Origin: a bacterium
GTDB lineage: Bacteria > Verrucomicrobiota > Kiritimatiellia > CAIVKH01
DNA: 64,000 nucleotides
NCBI GenBank assembly: GCA_043802525.1
Contig: JAZDKY010000062.1
Coordinates: 8,446 to 72,445 of the forward strand
Direction: 5' to 3'
The translations under genes and the position numbers were made by a program. Shown one piece after another: positions 47,824 to 58,016 of this stretch; the first letter of the stretch is position 1; every line of letters begins with the position of its first letter. The notes beneath the pieces were generated by a model, which was given only the letters and a program-made list of their open reading frames with translations, was not told where the DNA came from and made no database searches.

Positions 47824-48060
47824 GCCGTAACCATTCCGTTCTCCGCCGAAGGCGGATCCGCCACTGGAGGAAATCACGAATGGACACGAACCAACACGAA
47901 TATCGCTTGAGCGGAAGACGCGCTCGTCCCATTCGCCCAAGACTCACCATCTGGTGAGTCTCCCTGAAGGCTATTCGGATGCGTTAGGGGCCGACGATTT
48001 ATGCAAATTCGTGTTTATTCGTGGTTCTCTTCTGAATGGATACGGCTAAGACGCCGCACC
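47814..48060. repeat. Empty 11-mer (ACACGAA) fold-back cassette between convergent genes
   Basis: cacgaatggacacgaaccaacacgaa ... ttcgtgtttattcgtggtt; internal palindromes ccgccgaaggcgg and agactcacca-tc-tggtgagtct. Confidence 0.78.
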
Positions 48061-48062
48061 GT

Positions 48063-48839
48063 TCAGCCGGACGCGCGGTCCTTGCGGATGTAATCGCCCT
48101 TGGACAGCATCTTCTCGAGGTAGACGTACAGCACAATGAAGAGGTAGCGGCTGCCCATCTCCTTGATCTTGAGTTTGGAAATGCCGGTCACACGATTCGT
48201 CCATGAGATGGGGATGCATGTGCAGCGGTAGCCCCTGACCAGCGCCTTCAGGGGTAGTTCCACGGTAAGGTTGAAGTGGTGGGCCAGGATGGGCTGTATC
48301 CCGGCGATGACTTCACGACGGTAGCACTTGAAGGCATTGGTGATGTCGTTGTGGTCGATGCGGAACAGGGTTTTGATAAACCAGTTCGCGAGCCGGTTGA
48401 TTACGAGTTTGATGACCGGGTAGTGGTGGACCCTTGAGCCCCTGATGAAACGGGATCCGAAGACGCACTCGGCGCCGCGTTGGATCTCGCGGTAGTAGGC
48501 GATGATGTCCTCTGGGGCATCCGAGAGGTCTGCCATGACGATACACACGGCATCGCCTCGGAACGCATTGAGCCCCCGGCGAACGGCGAAACCGAACCCA
48601 TGCGGCGGGGGATTTTTGATGTGGCTGATTTCCGGGTAGCGGGCCTCAAGCTCGTGCAGGACCGCCTCCGTACCGTCCGTGCTGTTGTCGTCGACGATGA
48701 GGATCTCGTAGTCCGTGATCGCGGCGGCCTTGAACGTATCGACGATGGTCGAGGAAGTCTTCCCGATGTTGTCTTCCTCGTTGTGCGCGGGAATGATGAT
48801 GGAGAACCGGATCGGGTTCTGTGGATCCGTCCTCTGCAT
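48063..48839 (-). CDS. GT2, polyprenol-phosphate sugar synthase-like
   Basis: FSIIIPAHNEE, VDDNSTDGT, MADLSD, FGSRF, DITNAFKCYR. Confidence 0.92.
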   Translation of the reverse strand: MQRTDPQNPIRFSIIIPAHNEEDNIGKTSSTIVDTFKAAAITDYEILIVDDNSTDGTEAVLHELEARYPEISHIKNPPPHGFGFAVRRGLNAFRGDAVCIVMADLSDAPEDIIAYYREIQRGAECVFGSRFIRGSRVHHYPVIKLVINRLANWFIKTLFRIDHNDITNAFKCYRREVIAGIQPILAHHFNLTVELPLKALVRGYRCTCIPISWTNRVTGISKLKIKEMGSRYLFIVLYVYLEKMLSKGDYIRKDRASG

Positions 48840-48879
48840 CACGCGCGCCTCAGGGGCCTGCCGCCGCGTAAGGGCGACT

Positions 48880-49956
48880 TCATTTGAACACTGGCGCGAG
48901 TTGTTTCTCGTGTTCGCGGAGCCATTGGTAGGTGTCGTAGAGAACGGTCTCGGCGTTCCGTTTCGGTGTCCACTCGAACGTTGCCGACACCTTTCCGATA
49001 TTGCTGATGTACCATACAACATCCGCCGGCCGTGTTTCAAGTGAGACCGCGATCGGCACCGTTCGCCCCGTGATCGCGCGGCACAGTTCCGTCGTCTCGG
49101 CGAGCGAGAGGTTCGCCGTTCGCGAGCCGCCCACATTGAAGACCTCGCCTCGGAACTCCCCTATGCGCGCGGCCTGCCTGACGACCAGGTCCGCGAGGTC
49201 ATCGATATGCAACAGGTCGCGCACCTGCTCGCCCTTGCCGCTGAAGCCGATGTAGCGGAGAGGCCTGCCCCAGTGATGGCTGGAAAGCCAGAAGGTGAAG
49301 ACGCCTTGGTCCACTTTGCCCATCTGCCAGGGCCCCGCCACGACGCCGCAACGGTTGATGATCGCCGGGACGCCGTATTGCGCGCCGTACTCCTGGAGGA
49401 GCAGTTCCGAGCAGAGCTTTGTGGCGCCATAGAGCGAGCGCGCCCCCTCGATGGGGAATGTCTCGGACACGCCGGTGGGGCTTATGCCCAGTCCCTCAGT
49501 TGCGCACTCCGTGCGCGTTGGCATCGAGCGGTACGCCAGCCCGTTCAAGCGCTCGTACGGGTAGACGCGCGACGTCGAGAGGAATAGGACGGGCGTGCCG
49601 CGCTTTCGGGCAAACTCCATGCAATGGATCGATCCCACGAGGTTGTTGTTGATTGCGAAGGCCGCGTCGTTGCCGGATGCGCCCACCAGCACTGACGGTT
49701 CCGCGCTGCATTCCACGAGCAGGTCGTGGCCGTCGCCGAGGCGGTCGAGGTCTTCGGGACTGCGGATGTCGCCGTGCACGAACGCACAGCCCGCCTCGCG
49801 CAGGCGATGGAGGATGAGTTCCGAACCGCGGCGAGCCAGGTTGTCCAGGCACGTCACGCGATGACCTTCGTGTGCAAAACGGACGGCCAGGTTGGAACCA
49901 ATGAAACCGCAACCGCCTGTTATGAGGACATGCCGCATCGTGTCGATGGTTTTCAT
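48880..49956 (-). CDS. NAD-dependent epimerase (CDP-paratose 2-epimerase/RfbE-like)
   Basis: TGGCGFIGSN, DNLARRGS, YGATK, QMGKVDQG, GKGEQVRDLLHIDDL. Confidence 0.88.
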   Translation of the reverse strand: MKTIDTMRHVLITGGCGFIGSNLAVRFAHEGHRVTCLDNLARRGSELILHRLREAGCAFVHGDIRSPEDLDRLGDGHDLLVECSAEPSVLVGASGNDAAFAINNNLVGSIHCMEFARKRGTPVLFLSTSRVYPYERLNGLAYRSMPTRTECATEGLGISPTGVSETFPIEGARSLYGATKLCSELLLQEYGAQYGVPAIINRCGVVAGPWQMGKVDQGVFTFWLSSHHWGRPLRYIGFSGKGEQVRDLLHIDDLADLVVRQAARIGEFRGEVFNVGGSRTANLSLAETTELCRAITGRTVPIAVSLETRPADVVWYISNIGKVSATFEWTPKRNAETVLYDTYQWLREHEKQLAPVFK

Positions 49957-50054
49957 GGTAGGGGAAACGGCTCGCTCCATCAACTGTATCGTCCGATCAT
50001 CAAGGTGGGGACCAAGGGATTGCTATCCCGGGGGCAATCCGGAATACTTTATTC

Positions 50055-51368
50055 GTGAGGACGTTGGCGGTGACTTATCTTGCGGGGGGGGCCGGTGTTG
50101 CACTCTGGTTCTTTCTCGCCGCGCGCAGGCGCGCCGGCCGGCTGCGGCCGGGCGACTTTGTCCTGGCGCTGGGGTTGGCAGGGCTTGCCTGTCGGCTCGC
50201 TTTTGCGCTGTTGACGCCCACCTTCAAGGCTCCCGACGAGCACTCGCACTTGAACTTCATCCGGTACGTCGATGCGAACGACGGCGAACTGCCGGTTCAG
50301 GAGCAGCTCCGGCGCCTCACGCCGGGCGAGAACAACTGGGAATACCACCAGCCTCCGCTCTACTACGCCCTGATGGTCCCGTTCCACCGTCTCCTGCACG
50401 GCACGATGGGCCTCAAGACGGACGCGATCGTTCGGGGCCTGAGGCTGGCGTCGGTGGCTATCTGGATTCTGGTCCTGCTGCAGACCGTCCGCCTGCTGGA
50501 GCGGCTCGGCCTGCTGGCGTCGCTTCAGGGCGCCTGTACGCTGGCGCTGGTTTGCCTGCTGCCTACGTACGTGTTCATCTCGTCGGTGGTGAATAACGAC
50601 GGCCTTCTGGTCCTTGTCAGCGTCGTCGCCTTCAATCTCCTCGTTCGCGCCGAGAGTAACCGCGACTTTGCCATGGTGGGCGTAGTGGTGGGGCTTGCGA
50701 TCTGGGCCAAACAGAACGGCGTTGTGCTTGGCGCCGCCGCCGCGGGCATGCTGCTGATGCGGGTGTTTACGCGCGAGACACCGTTGAGGCGCGCCGCTGT
50801 CCAACTGGCGATCGTGACCGCCGCATCGCTCGTTGCGTGGGCGCCCGTCGCGATACGCAACATCCTCCTCTACGGCAGCGTGACCGGCGGGGGCTATTAC
50901 TATGCGTACCTCTGCGACCAGTGGACGCTGCCCCAGGTCGTCAGCTACCTGATCAAGACCTTCCTTGCAACATCCGGCGAGTTGAACGACATCGTAGGGG
51001 CGCCGCCGAAGATCACTGTCGGCCTGACGCTCGCGTTCTGCGCGATGCTGGCGGGGGCTCTGGTTGTGCGCAACGAAACCCTGCTCAGCGCGCTGCGGGC
51101 CAATCGTTGCTTCCTGTGGGGCGGTTTCCTTGCCACGCTTTTCTGCCTGCTCATTGTCGTCCAGATCGCGATGGTCAGCGGTACCGGCCAGGGCCGGCAC
51201 ATGTTCCCCGTGCTGGTCCCGATCGGCATGCTTGTTGCCGCCGGGCTGGATGTCCTGCGGCGTCCGAACCGGCTGCCCAATCTGGACGTGCACATCGCGG
51301 GTGTGATGGCTGTCATGGCGTTCGCATTCACCGCGTACAGCCTCGCGACACTGGGGGAGGCGCCATGA
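50055..51368 (+). CDS. Multi-TM GT-C-like protein (DUF2142-like)
   Basis: APDEHSH, YHQPPLYY, VNND, QGRHMFP; GTG start. Confidence 0.72.
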   Translation: MRTLAVTYLAGGAGVALWFFLAARRRAGRLRPGDFVLALGLAGLACRLAFALLTPTFKAPDEHSHLNFIRYVDANDGELPVQEQLRRLTPGENNWEYHQPPLYYALMVPFHRLLHGTMGLKTDAIVRGLRLASVAIWILVLLQTVRLLERLGLLASLQGACTLALVCLLPTYVFISSVVNNDGLLVLVSVVAFNLLVRAESNRDFAMVGVVVGLAIWAKQNGVVLGAAAAGMLLMRVFTRETPLRRAAVQLAIVTAASLVAWAPVAIRNILLYGSVTGGGYYYAYLCDQWTLPQVVSYLIKTFLATSGELNDIVGAPPKITVGLTLAFCAMLAGALVVRNETLLSALRANRCFLWGGFLATLFCLLIVVQIAMVSGTGQGRHMFPVLVPIGMLVAAGLDVLRRPNRLPNLDVHIAGVMAVMAFAFTAYSLATLGEAP

Positions 51369-51478
51369 AGACCGCGCGCAATGAGTGTCACGGCATGGTT
51401 CCGCTTGGCCGTGGATCACGGTGGCTACACTAAGCCTTGTCAGTCACGCCTTCCGCCGTGTAGTTTCGGGGAATTCGC

Positions 51479-52249
51479 ATGCACAAAGGAAAGAAAGTAG
51501 TCGTGGTCATGCCGGCCTACAACGCGGCGCGGACCCTCGAGTTGACCTACCGGGAGGTCATGGACCAAGGCGTCGTGGATCGTATCATCCTGGTAGACGA
51601 CGCGAGCAAAGATGACACGGTTGAGATCGCGCGGAAGCTGCCCGGCGTCCGTGTGTACGCCCACGAAAAGAACCTCGGCTACGGCGGAAATCAAAAAAGC
51701 TGTTATCGACTCGCCTTGGAAGAGGGCGCCGACATCGTGATCATGGTGCATCCCGATTATCAGTACACACCGCAGTTGATACCCGCGATGGTGTCCATGA
51801 TTGGTAACGGGTTGTATGACTGCGTTTTGGGTTCGCGGATTCTCGGCGGGGCCGCGGTGCGTGGTGGCATGCCGTTGTGGAAGTACATTTCCAACCGGTT
51901 GCTGACGCTCGCCGAGAACCTGATGCTGGGCATCAAGGTGTCCGAATATCATACGGGATACCGTGCGTTCTCGCGTAGGTTGCTGGAGCAAATCCAGCTT
52001 GAACATAATTCGAATGATTTCGTTTTCGACAATCAGATGCTTGCACAGATTGCCTGGAACGGGTTTTTCATCGCCGAGGTGAGCTGTCCGACGAAGTATT
52101 TCGCTGAAGCTTCATCGATCAACTTCCGCCGCAGCGTGCAGTATGGGTTCGGCTGTCTGCGCACGGCGTTGACGTTCATGCTCTGCAAATGGGGGATGGC
52201 GCGCAGTCCTCTGTTTCCGTCAGGGGCGCGTCCCGCAACCCGGCCCTGA
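51479..52249 (+). CDS. GT2, polyprenol-phosphate sugar synthase-like
   Basis: VVMPAYNA, VDDASKD, GYGGNQK, HPDYQY, EYHTGYRAF. Confidence 0.93.
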   Translation: MHKGKKVVVVMPAYNAARTLELTYREVMDQGVVDRIILVDDASKDDTVEIARKLPGVRVYAHEKNLGYGGNQKSCYRLALEEGADIVIMVHPDYQYTPQLIPAMVSMIGNGLYDCVLGSRILGGAAVRGGMPLWKYISNRLLTLAENLMLGIKVSEYHTGYRAFSRRLLEQIQLEHNSNDFVFDNQMLAQIAWNGFFIAEVSCPTKYFAEASSINFRRSVQYGFGCLRTALTFMLCKWGMARSPLFPSGARPATRP

Positions 52250-52489
52250 GACAAGCGCGTTGTCCAGCTTTGAGACCCCCGCCAGCTTGACTGGCGGGTG
52301 AATCAGATTGGGCGGCTGGCGGTGCGCAGCTCACTCGATTCCCCCCCTGCTTGTCACCGGCGCGCTTGCATGCCGGTGGCAAGCAGGGGGGGGGTGACGG
52401 GAGCCGGTGCGCATCCGCCAAACTGATTCACCCGCGGCACAAGGCCGCGGGGGCCTCAGGATATCGCGCCCTGTCCCAGGGCTGGACCG

Positions 52490-53794
52490 TCACGCCGTCC
52501 GCGCCGGTCGCCGGCGCATCAGCCACGCAAAACACACCAGCAGTCCGTACAGGGAAAGACGTCCCATCCAGCGCACGACGTGGGCGATGGGGTGATCGCT
52601 CAGGTATGCGTAGTCGGAGAGCCCGAGCCCGAGCAGCACGAAGGCGGGCAGGAGCACCTTGTGCAGCGAATGCCCGCGACCATCCGGAAAGCGCTCGAGA
52701 AGGCAGGCCGCCACGATGGGCATGAGCAGAACCACATAGTCGTAACGTTCGTGGTACATCCAGAATACCGATACGAGCGAGAGAAACGACACGGCGAGGA
52801 ACGGCGGGCATTCGCGGTTCCACCAGCACCAGCCGAGGCTGAACAAGATCATGAGCAGGGGGATGACGAGGGCGAACGGCGATGTGCCGAAGCCGGCGGC
52901 GTTGATGAGTTCTTGAACGGTATAGGCGCCTTGGAACATGTAGGGCGAGATGGCGAGCCACGTTCCGATGAGCGTCCACGGAGGCGTATGGAGCCACCAT
53001 GCGATGCCGAGCAGCGCGATCAGTTGAGTGACCGCTATGGTTGCAAGGGTTCGCCACCTTCCGGCGAGCAGGGGCACTATGAGGTAGGGCAGCGTCACGT
53101 GGGGTTTGAAGAGCGCGAGGCTGAAACAGATGCCGGCCAGAAATTGAGACGATTTGATGGTCAAAAACCCCACGAGAATGAGGAGGGCCATGAGGATGCC
53201 GTACTGGCTCGTGCGGACGACTTCCTGGACCGGAGGCCACGCCAGCGACAGCAGTAAAACAAAGGCCGGCGCAGGCAGGGAGATCATCGATGGCCTCGCC
53301 TCCGGGTCCATGATCACGTGCTGCGCCTGTTCCGCTTCAATGTTCTGACGCCAGCGTAGGAGGGCCCACGCCAGAGCGAGGATCAATGCGAAATTGACCA
53401 GCATCCATCCCGGCAGGAGCCAGGCTTGAGGCACCCACCCTGCGAGAAATGTGAAAATGAGCATGCCGGGTGGCGGGTAGGTGGAGGTGGGCGGGCCAAA
53501 CTCGGGAATGACGCCGGTGATTCCATCCGTTCGCAGATGGGGGTGCACTTCAAAGACGCGCAGATTCCTGATGCGCTCCCTGTTCTCCCCTGAAGCGGGT
53601 CCGTAATTGAGATGCAGGGTCTCGTAGCTGACGCGCCAGGGATCGACGCGCTGTTTGATGTACTGGCTGACGACCCACAGCCGGACTATGTCCGAATCCC
53701 ACCCGGCGCTCAGTCCGTACCGTGCGCTTTCTGACAGCCAGAGGAAGGCCATGGCCAACATCAGCGACAACAGGCTGCGGCGCGAGATCATCAT
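52490..53794 (-). CDS. GT87/DUF2029-like membrane glycosyltransferase
   Basis: TYPPP, SQ, FKPH and HERYD motifs; polytopic. Confidence 0.72.
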   Translation of the reverse strand: MMISRRSLLSLMLAMAFLWLSESARYGLSAGWDSDIVRLWVVSQYIKQRVDPWRVSYETLHLNYGPASGENRERIRNLRVFEVHPHLRTDGITGVIPEFGPPTSTYPPPGMLIFTFLAGWVPQAWLLPGWMLVNFALILALAWALLRWRQNIEAEQAQHVIMDPEARPSMISLPAPAFVLLLSLAWPPVQEVVRTSQYGILMALLILVGFLTIKSSQFLAGICFSLALFKPHVTLPYLIVPLLAGRWRTLATIAVTQLIALLGIAWWLHTPPWTLIGTWLAISPYMFQGAYTVQELINAAGFGTSPFALVIPLLMILFSLGWCWWNRECPPFLAVSFLSLVSVFWMYHERYDYVVLLMPIVAACLLERFPDGRGHSLHKVLLPAFVLLGLGLSDYAYLSDHPIAHVVRWMGRLSLYGLLVCFAWLMRRRPARTA

Positions 53795-53807
53795 AATCGA
53801 CTCATCG

Positions 53808-54773
53808 TCATCGACCGGGCCTTTGCGGCACGCTGGTGACGCGCAGCACCGAGCCCGCCCCTGCCGCTGCCTCCAAAAAGGGCAGAATGGCGCAGATCGG
53901 CGCCAGCGGGATGAAGAGTACCAGCGCGAGGAAACGTTGTCCTGTGGGAATCCGCGCGGAAATTCCTCGTCTCAACATGCTGTAAAACACGTCTCGTCGC
54001 GGCATCAAGGCGTTCATGACACTTTGTGCGAAACCGAGCGCGCCCATTTCCAGGGAGAGCGTGCTGCACTTCGTGACGGCGAATCCGGCGCGTTCGAGAA
54101 GTTGTTTCATGGATGGCTTGGTGAACTGAAAAATGTGGCGGGGTGGATCGAGGTGCAGCCAGTGGCGTCCTGTCCAGCGAGCCTGCCAACTCCCGCTGTT
54201 CGGCACCTCGATGATGAGTACCCCGGCAGGACGCAAAACGCGGTGGCATTCACGCAGGAGAGCTTCGGGATCCGGCATGTGCTCGAATACGTGCCAAACG
54301 GTGATTGCATCCACCGATGCGTCGGGTAGTGGCAGAGATCCCTCGCTGACGGGGTGAAGGTCAATGCCGGGAATGCGGGCTGCACGGTCAAAGGCGGGAC
54401 CGGGCAGTTCCGTGCCATGACTGGTCCAGCCGATCCGCGCCATGTACAGGAGAAATCGGCCGTTGCCGCAGCCGATGTCGAGCACCGTGCCCTTACGTTT
54501 CCCGGCCGCGCGCTGAACGATTTGGGCGCGGTGCAGGCACAAGGCATTGCGGATCAGCTCGATCCCGCCGATGAATTTCGTCTCGCCCTCGCCGTAGTAT
54601 TCGGGGTGGTAGCCCGCTTCCGCGGAGCCGGACTTCAACGGGTTGGAAAGTCGCTGGAGTCCGCAGTGCGCACACACGAGGTATTCAAACAAGGGGCCGT
54701 CGCTGGAGGGATAGAGGCGCGTGCTGCTTTCGAAGCGTTCGCCGCATGCCGGACATGCTGTGTTATCAGCCAT
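53808..54773 (-). CDS. SAM methyltransferase with N-terminal Zn-binding CxxC pairs
   Basis: CPAC/CAHC, LDIGCGNG, WHVFEH, EVPN, DPPRH. Confidence 0.92.
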   Translation of the reverse strand: MADNTACPACGERFESSTRLYPSSDGPLFEYLVCAHCGLQRLSNPLKSGSAEAGYHPEYYGEGETKFIGGIELIRNALCLHRAQIVQRAAGKRKGTVLDIGCGNGRFLLYMARIGWTSHGTELPGPAFDRAARIPGIDLHPVSEGSLPLPDASVDAITVWHVFEHMPDPEALLRECHRVLRPAGVLIIEVPNSGSWQARWTGRHWLHLDPPRHIFQFTKPSMKQLLERAGFAVTKCSTLSLEMGALGFAQSVMNALMPRRDVFYSMLRRGISARIPTGQRFLALVLFIPLAPICAILPFLEAAAGAGSVLRVTSVPQRPGR

Positions 54774-54929
54774 ACAGTTCTACAGTTTCTTCCGGTGGCA
54801 GGGTTGCGACACGATTACGAGTTGTCAATCCGGGCATGACTGCGCATATTGAAAAGCACGTCAGAACGAGTCAATCTGATTTGACTCGGAACAGCCGGAT
54901 GCCGCCACCAGCGATCAACACGATCAAGC

Positions 54930-56663
54930 ATGTCAATCTCCCTGGAAGGGCATCGGTGGATTCACAACAAAGGATGGTACATGGCTGCCGTCGTTGTGGC
55001 GTTCGCTTATGTCCTGACCATCCCGCATGTGTGGCAGTGCGAGGGCGTTGACGAAATCGAATACCTTGGCCTCGCGCATTCGATCGAGCGCGGACACGGA
55101 TTCACGTTGTACGGCGACCCGTACCCGATCTACCCGCCGCTCTACCCGGCTCTGGTGTCGCTCGTCATGCGGTTCGACGTCACGGCCTGGCGTGCGATGT
55201 ATGCGCTCAACGCGTTGATGGGGCTGGCCGGGATCCTTTATCTCGCTTCGTGGCTGCGGAAAAAAGAAGGCCGCGCGGGCTGGTGGGCCGCGTGGTTCTC
55301 GCTCACGTCGTATTTCGCGTGGAGTTTCTCCACCCGTTACCTGATGGCCGAACCGCTTTTCGTGCTGGTCTCGTCCGTTGCGCTGGTGGAGGCGTCGCGA
55401 TGCATGGCTGCGGAGCGCGGAGGGCGGCGCTCTGTCGCTGCGCCGCTGGCGGTGCTTCTCGGCGCGATGACGAAGGTGGTCAACATCGCGTTGACGGCGG
55501 CCCTTTGCGCCGCGGCCGGAAGCCGATGGTGGGCGACGCGCCGCCGGCGCGTGCTCGCCCTCGGCGCGGCGATCGCTTGTGCCGGGTTCGGCTTCGCGGC
55601 AGCGTGGGAATGGCACGGGCGGCAGGTCGCGCCGCATGCCGCCGAATCCTATTTTCGATGGGCTCTGAAATTCACCGGCCTGTCCGGCGAGCGGGCCGGG
55701 ATTGTGGCGCGGGACGCAGGGGAGGGGCTCGGATCGGATGCGACGTTTCCGGTACGTGTTGGCGCCCTCGGTTTCAAGTTGGGGCAGTACGTGGCCTCGT
55801 TCGCGCGCATGCCGGCAAACGCGGGCCCGTTCGCGATGTTCCTGTGGCTGGTGTTCCTGACGGGCCTTGCCGCGCGCGCCAGGCGTGACCCTTCGTCGCC
55901 ATTCGCGTGGTATGTCGCGCTATCGCTTATCATGTTTTCGTTGACGCGCTGGGCATCGAGTTATCACCGCTATCTGTACCCGCTCACGCCGCTGCTGTAC
56001 CTGTTCCTGTTCGAGGGCGCGGCGTGCTGGAAGCGGGCTCTGCTCGATCGGCAGCAGAAGCTGGCATGGCTCGCGGTGGCGGCGTTTGGCGCGGCCGGCA
56101 TACTGTGGACCGTTTCACACGGACTCGCGGGGGAGGGCCACGTCGGCGCAGAGAGGATGTATGTCCTGGCGGTGGGACTCGCCTGCGCGGTTTCGTATGC
56201 GGCGATGGCCGTCGGCGGGTTGTGCGCGTGCTCGGGCCTGGGCCCGTTGCGGAGCGCGTTGCCGTTCGAACGCATCCTGGCCGTCGCGCTTGCCGTTTCT
56301 GTGGCCCACACCAGCGCCATTGCCGTCACACGGTTCAAGCATACGCTGGCGAACGAGACGCTCCATGCGCGCAACCTCGCCGGGGCAGTCGCATGCGGGC
56401 AGTGGGTCAAGGAGAATACGTCCCGGGATACGGTCATCGCGGTTTCGTTGCCGCGGCTCATGTCGTTTCTCGCTGACCGGACCGCGGTGGGCCCCGGCTC
56501 GCACTCCGCGGGTTACGCGATCCTCACCGGAACCCTGCGCAACGTGCCGGCGTTCCGGGAAGACGCGGAGGCCCGATTGAAGTCAGAGGTCGAAGCCTCC
56601 CGGGCAAGGCTGGTGTTTTCATCCGGCGACGCCATGGTGTATAAGCTCCGCGACATGCCGTGA
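54930..56663 (+). CDS. Multi-TM GT-C-like (ArnT/PMT-type) glycosyltransferase
   Basis: DEIEYLGLA, YPPLYP, MAEPLF, RYLYP. Confidence 0.7.
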   Translation: MSISLEGHRWIHNKGWYMAAVVVAFAYVLTIPHVWQCEGVDEIEYLGLAHSIERGHGFTLYGDPYPIYPPLYPALVSLVMRFDVTAWRAMYALNALMGLAGILYLASWLRKKEGRAGWWAAWFSLTSYFAWSFSTRYLMAEPLFVLVSSVALVEASRCMAAERGGRRSVAAPLAVLLGAMTKVVNIALTAALCAAAGSRWWATRRRRVLALGAAIACAGFGFAAAWEWHGRQVAPHAAESYFRWALKFTGLSGERAGIVARDAGEGLGSDATFPVRVGALGFKLGQYVASFARMPANAGPFAMFLWLVFLTGLAARARRDPSSPFAWYVALSLIMFSLTRWASSYHRYLYPLTPLLYLFLFEGAACWKRALLDRQQKLAWLAVAAFGAAGILWTVSHGLAGEGHVGAERMYVLAVGLACAVSYAAMAVGGLCACSGLGPLRSALPFERILAVALAVSVAHTSAIAVTRFKHTLANETLHARNLAGAVACGQWVKENTSRDTVIAVSLPRLMSFLADRTAVGPGSHSAGYAILTGTLRNVPAFREDAEARLKSEVEASRARLVFSSGDAMVYKLRDMP

Positions 56664-56790
56664 CTATTCAATCAATGGAACCACGAAATACACGAAAGAC
56701 AGTTCTTTTTCTGATTGAAACCACCGAATACACTGAAGAACACTGAAAAAAGATTCCGAACCTTCAGTGAACTCAGTGTATTCAGTGGTT
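56662..56790. repeat. Empty fold-back cassette (9/10-mer arms)
   Basis: gactattcaatc+aaccacgaaatacacgaaa; aaccaccgaatacactgaagaacactgaa ... ttcagtgaactcagtgtattcagtggtt. Confidence 0.8.
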
Positions 56791-56840
56791 CACTCCGACA
56801 GAATCAGGTATCTGGAATCTAGTATCGACGCAAACGCACC

Positions 56841-58016
56841 ATGAACGTGGACGCATCATCCGACATCGAGCTTTCGGTCGTCATGCCGTGCCTCAACGAG
56901 GCGGACACGCTCGAGACGTGTGTGCGCAAGGCGCTGCGCGCGATCCAGGAGCATGGCATCCGCGGTGAAGTCGTGGTTGCGGACAACGGCAGCACGGACG
57001 GCTCGCGCGAGATCGCCAAGCGCTGTGGCGCGCGGCTGGTCGATGTTCAAGCCAAGGGCTACGGCAACGCGCTCATGGGCGGCATTGCCGTCGCGCGGGG
57101 TACATTTGTGCTGATGGGTGACGCGGACGACAGTTACGATTTCCTCGAGGTCCCGAAGTTCGTCGAAAAAATCCGGCAGGGATACGACCTCGTGCAGGGT
57201 TGCCGTCTGCCGTCGGGCGGCGGAACCGTGAAGGCCGGCGCCATGCCCTGGTCGCACCGGTGGCTCGGCAACCCGATGTTTTCCAGGCTGTCCCGGTGGT
57301 GGTTTCGCGCGCCCATCCATGACATCTACTGCGGCATGCGCGTCTTCACGAAGCGGCATTACGACAGCCTCGACCAGCGCTGCACGGGCATGGAATTCGC
57401 GACGGAGATGATCATCAAGTCGAGCCTCTACGGCGCGAAGATGTCCGAGGTGCCGATCACGCTCCACCCCGACGGCCGCACGTCGCACCCGCCGCACCTG
57501 AAAACGTTCCGCGACGGCTGGCGCACGTTGCGGTTCTTCATGATGTACAGCCCGAAGTGGCTGTTCCTGGTGCCGGGCCTGCTCCTGATCGCGCTGGGCC
57601 TCGCGGGCTACGCACTCGCGCTGCCCGCGGTGCAGATAGGGAACGCGATCTTCGACGCGCACACGCTGCTTTTTGCGAGTCTTGCCATGCTGTGCGGCTA
57701 CCAGGCGGTACTCTTTGCTGTTTTCACCAAAACGTTCGCGATGAACGAAGGGTTGATGCCGGAGGATGAGCGGACGCTGCGCTTTTTCAAGCTGATCAAC
57801 CTGGAGCGGGGCCTGCTGGCGAGCCTCGTCGCGATGATCCTGGGTCTGGCTCTGCTCGGCTGGGCGGTCAATCTCTGGCGGCTGTCCGGGTACGGGCGGT
57901 TGGATTACGCGAGCACGATGCGGTGGGTGATCCCGGGCTCCACACTGACGGCGCTCGGTTTCCAGACGCTGCTCTCCAGTTTTTTCGTCAGCATTTTGGG
58001 GATGAAGAGACGGTAG
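56841..58016 (+). CDS. GT2 polyprenol-phosphate sugar synthase with C-terminal TMs
   Basis: LSVVMPCLNEA, ADNGSTDGS, GDADDSY, GMEFATEM, FRDGWR. Confidence 0.93.
   Translation: MNVDASSDIELSVVMPCLNEADTLETCVRKALRAIQEHGIRGEVVVADNGSTDGSREIAKRCGARLVDVQAKGYGNALMGGIAVARGTFVLMGDADDSYDFLEVPKFVEKIRQGYDLVQGCRLPSGGGTVKAGAMPWSHRWLGNPMFSRLSRWWFRAPIHDIYCGMRVFTKRHYDSLDQRCTGMEFATEMIIKSSLYGAKMSEVPITLHPDGRTSHPPHLKTFRDGWRTLRFFMMYSPKWLFLVPGLLLIALGLAGYALALPAVQIGNAIFDAHTLLFASLAMLCGYQAVLFAVFTKTFAMNEGLMPEDERTLRFFKLINLERGLLASLVAMILGLALLGWAVNLWRLSGYGRLDYASTMRWVIPGSTLTALGFQTLLSSFFVSILGMKRR

Noticed and set aside
52270-52400. Hairpin cccgccag..ctggcggg and C6/G9 runs as a phase-variable tract
   Set aside because: They lie between convergent 3' ends where a length change has no evident effect; likely terminator or REP-like.
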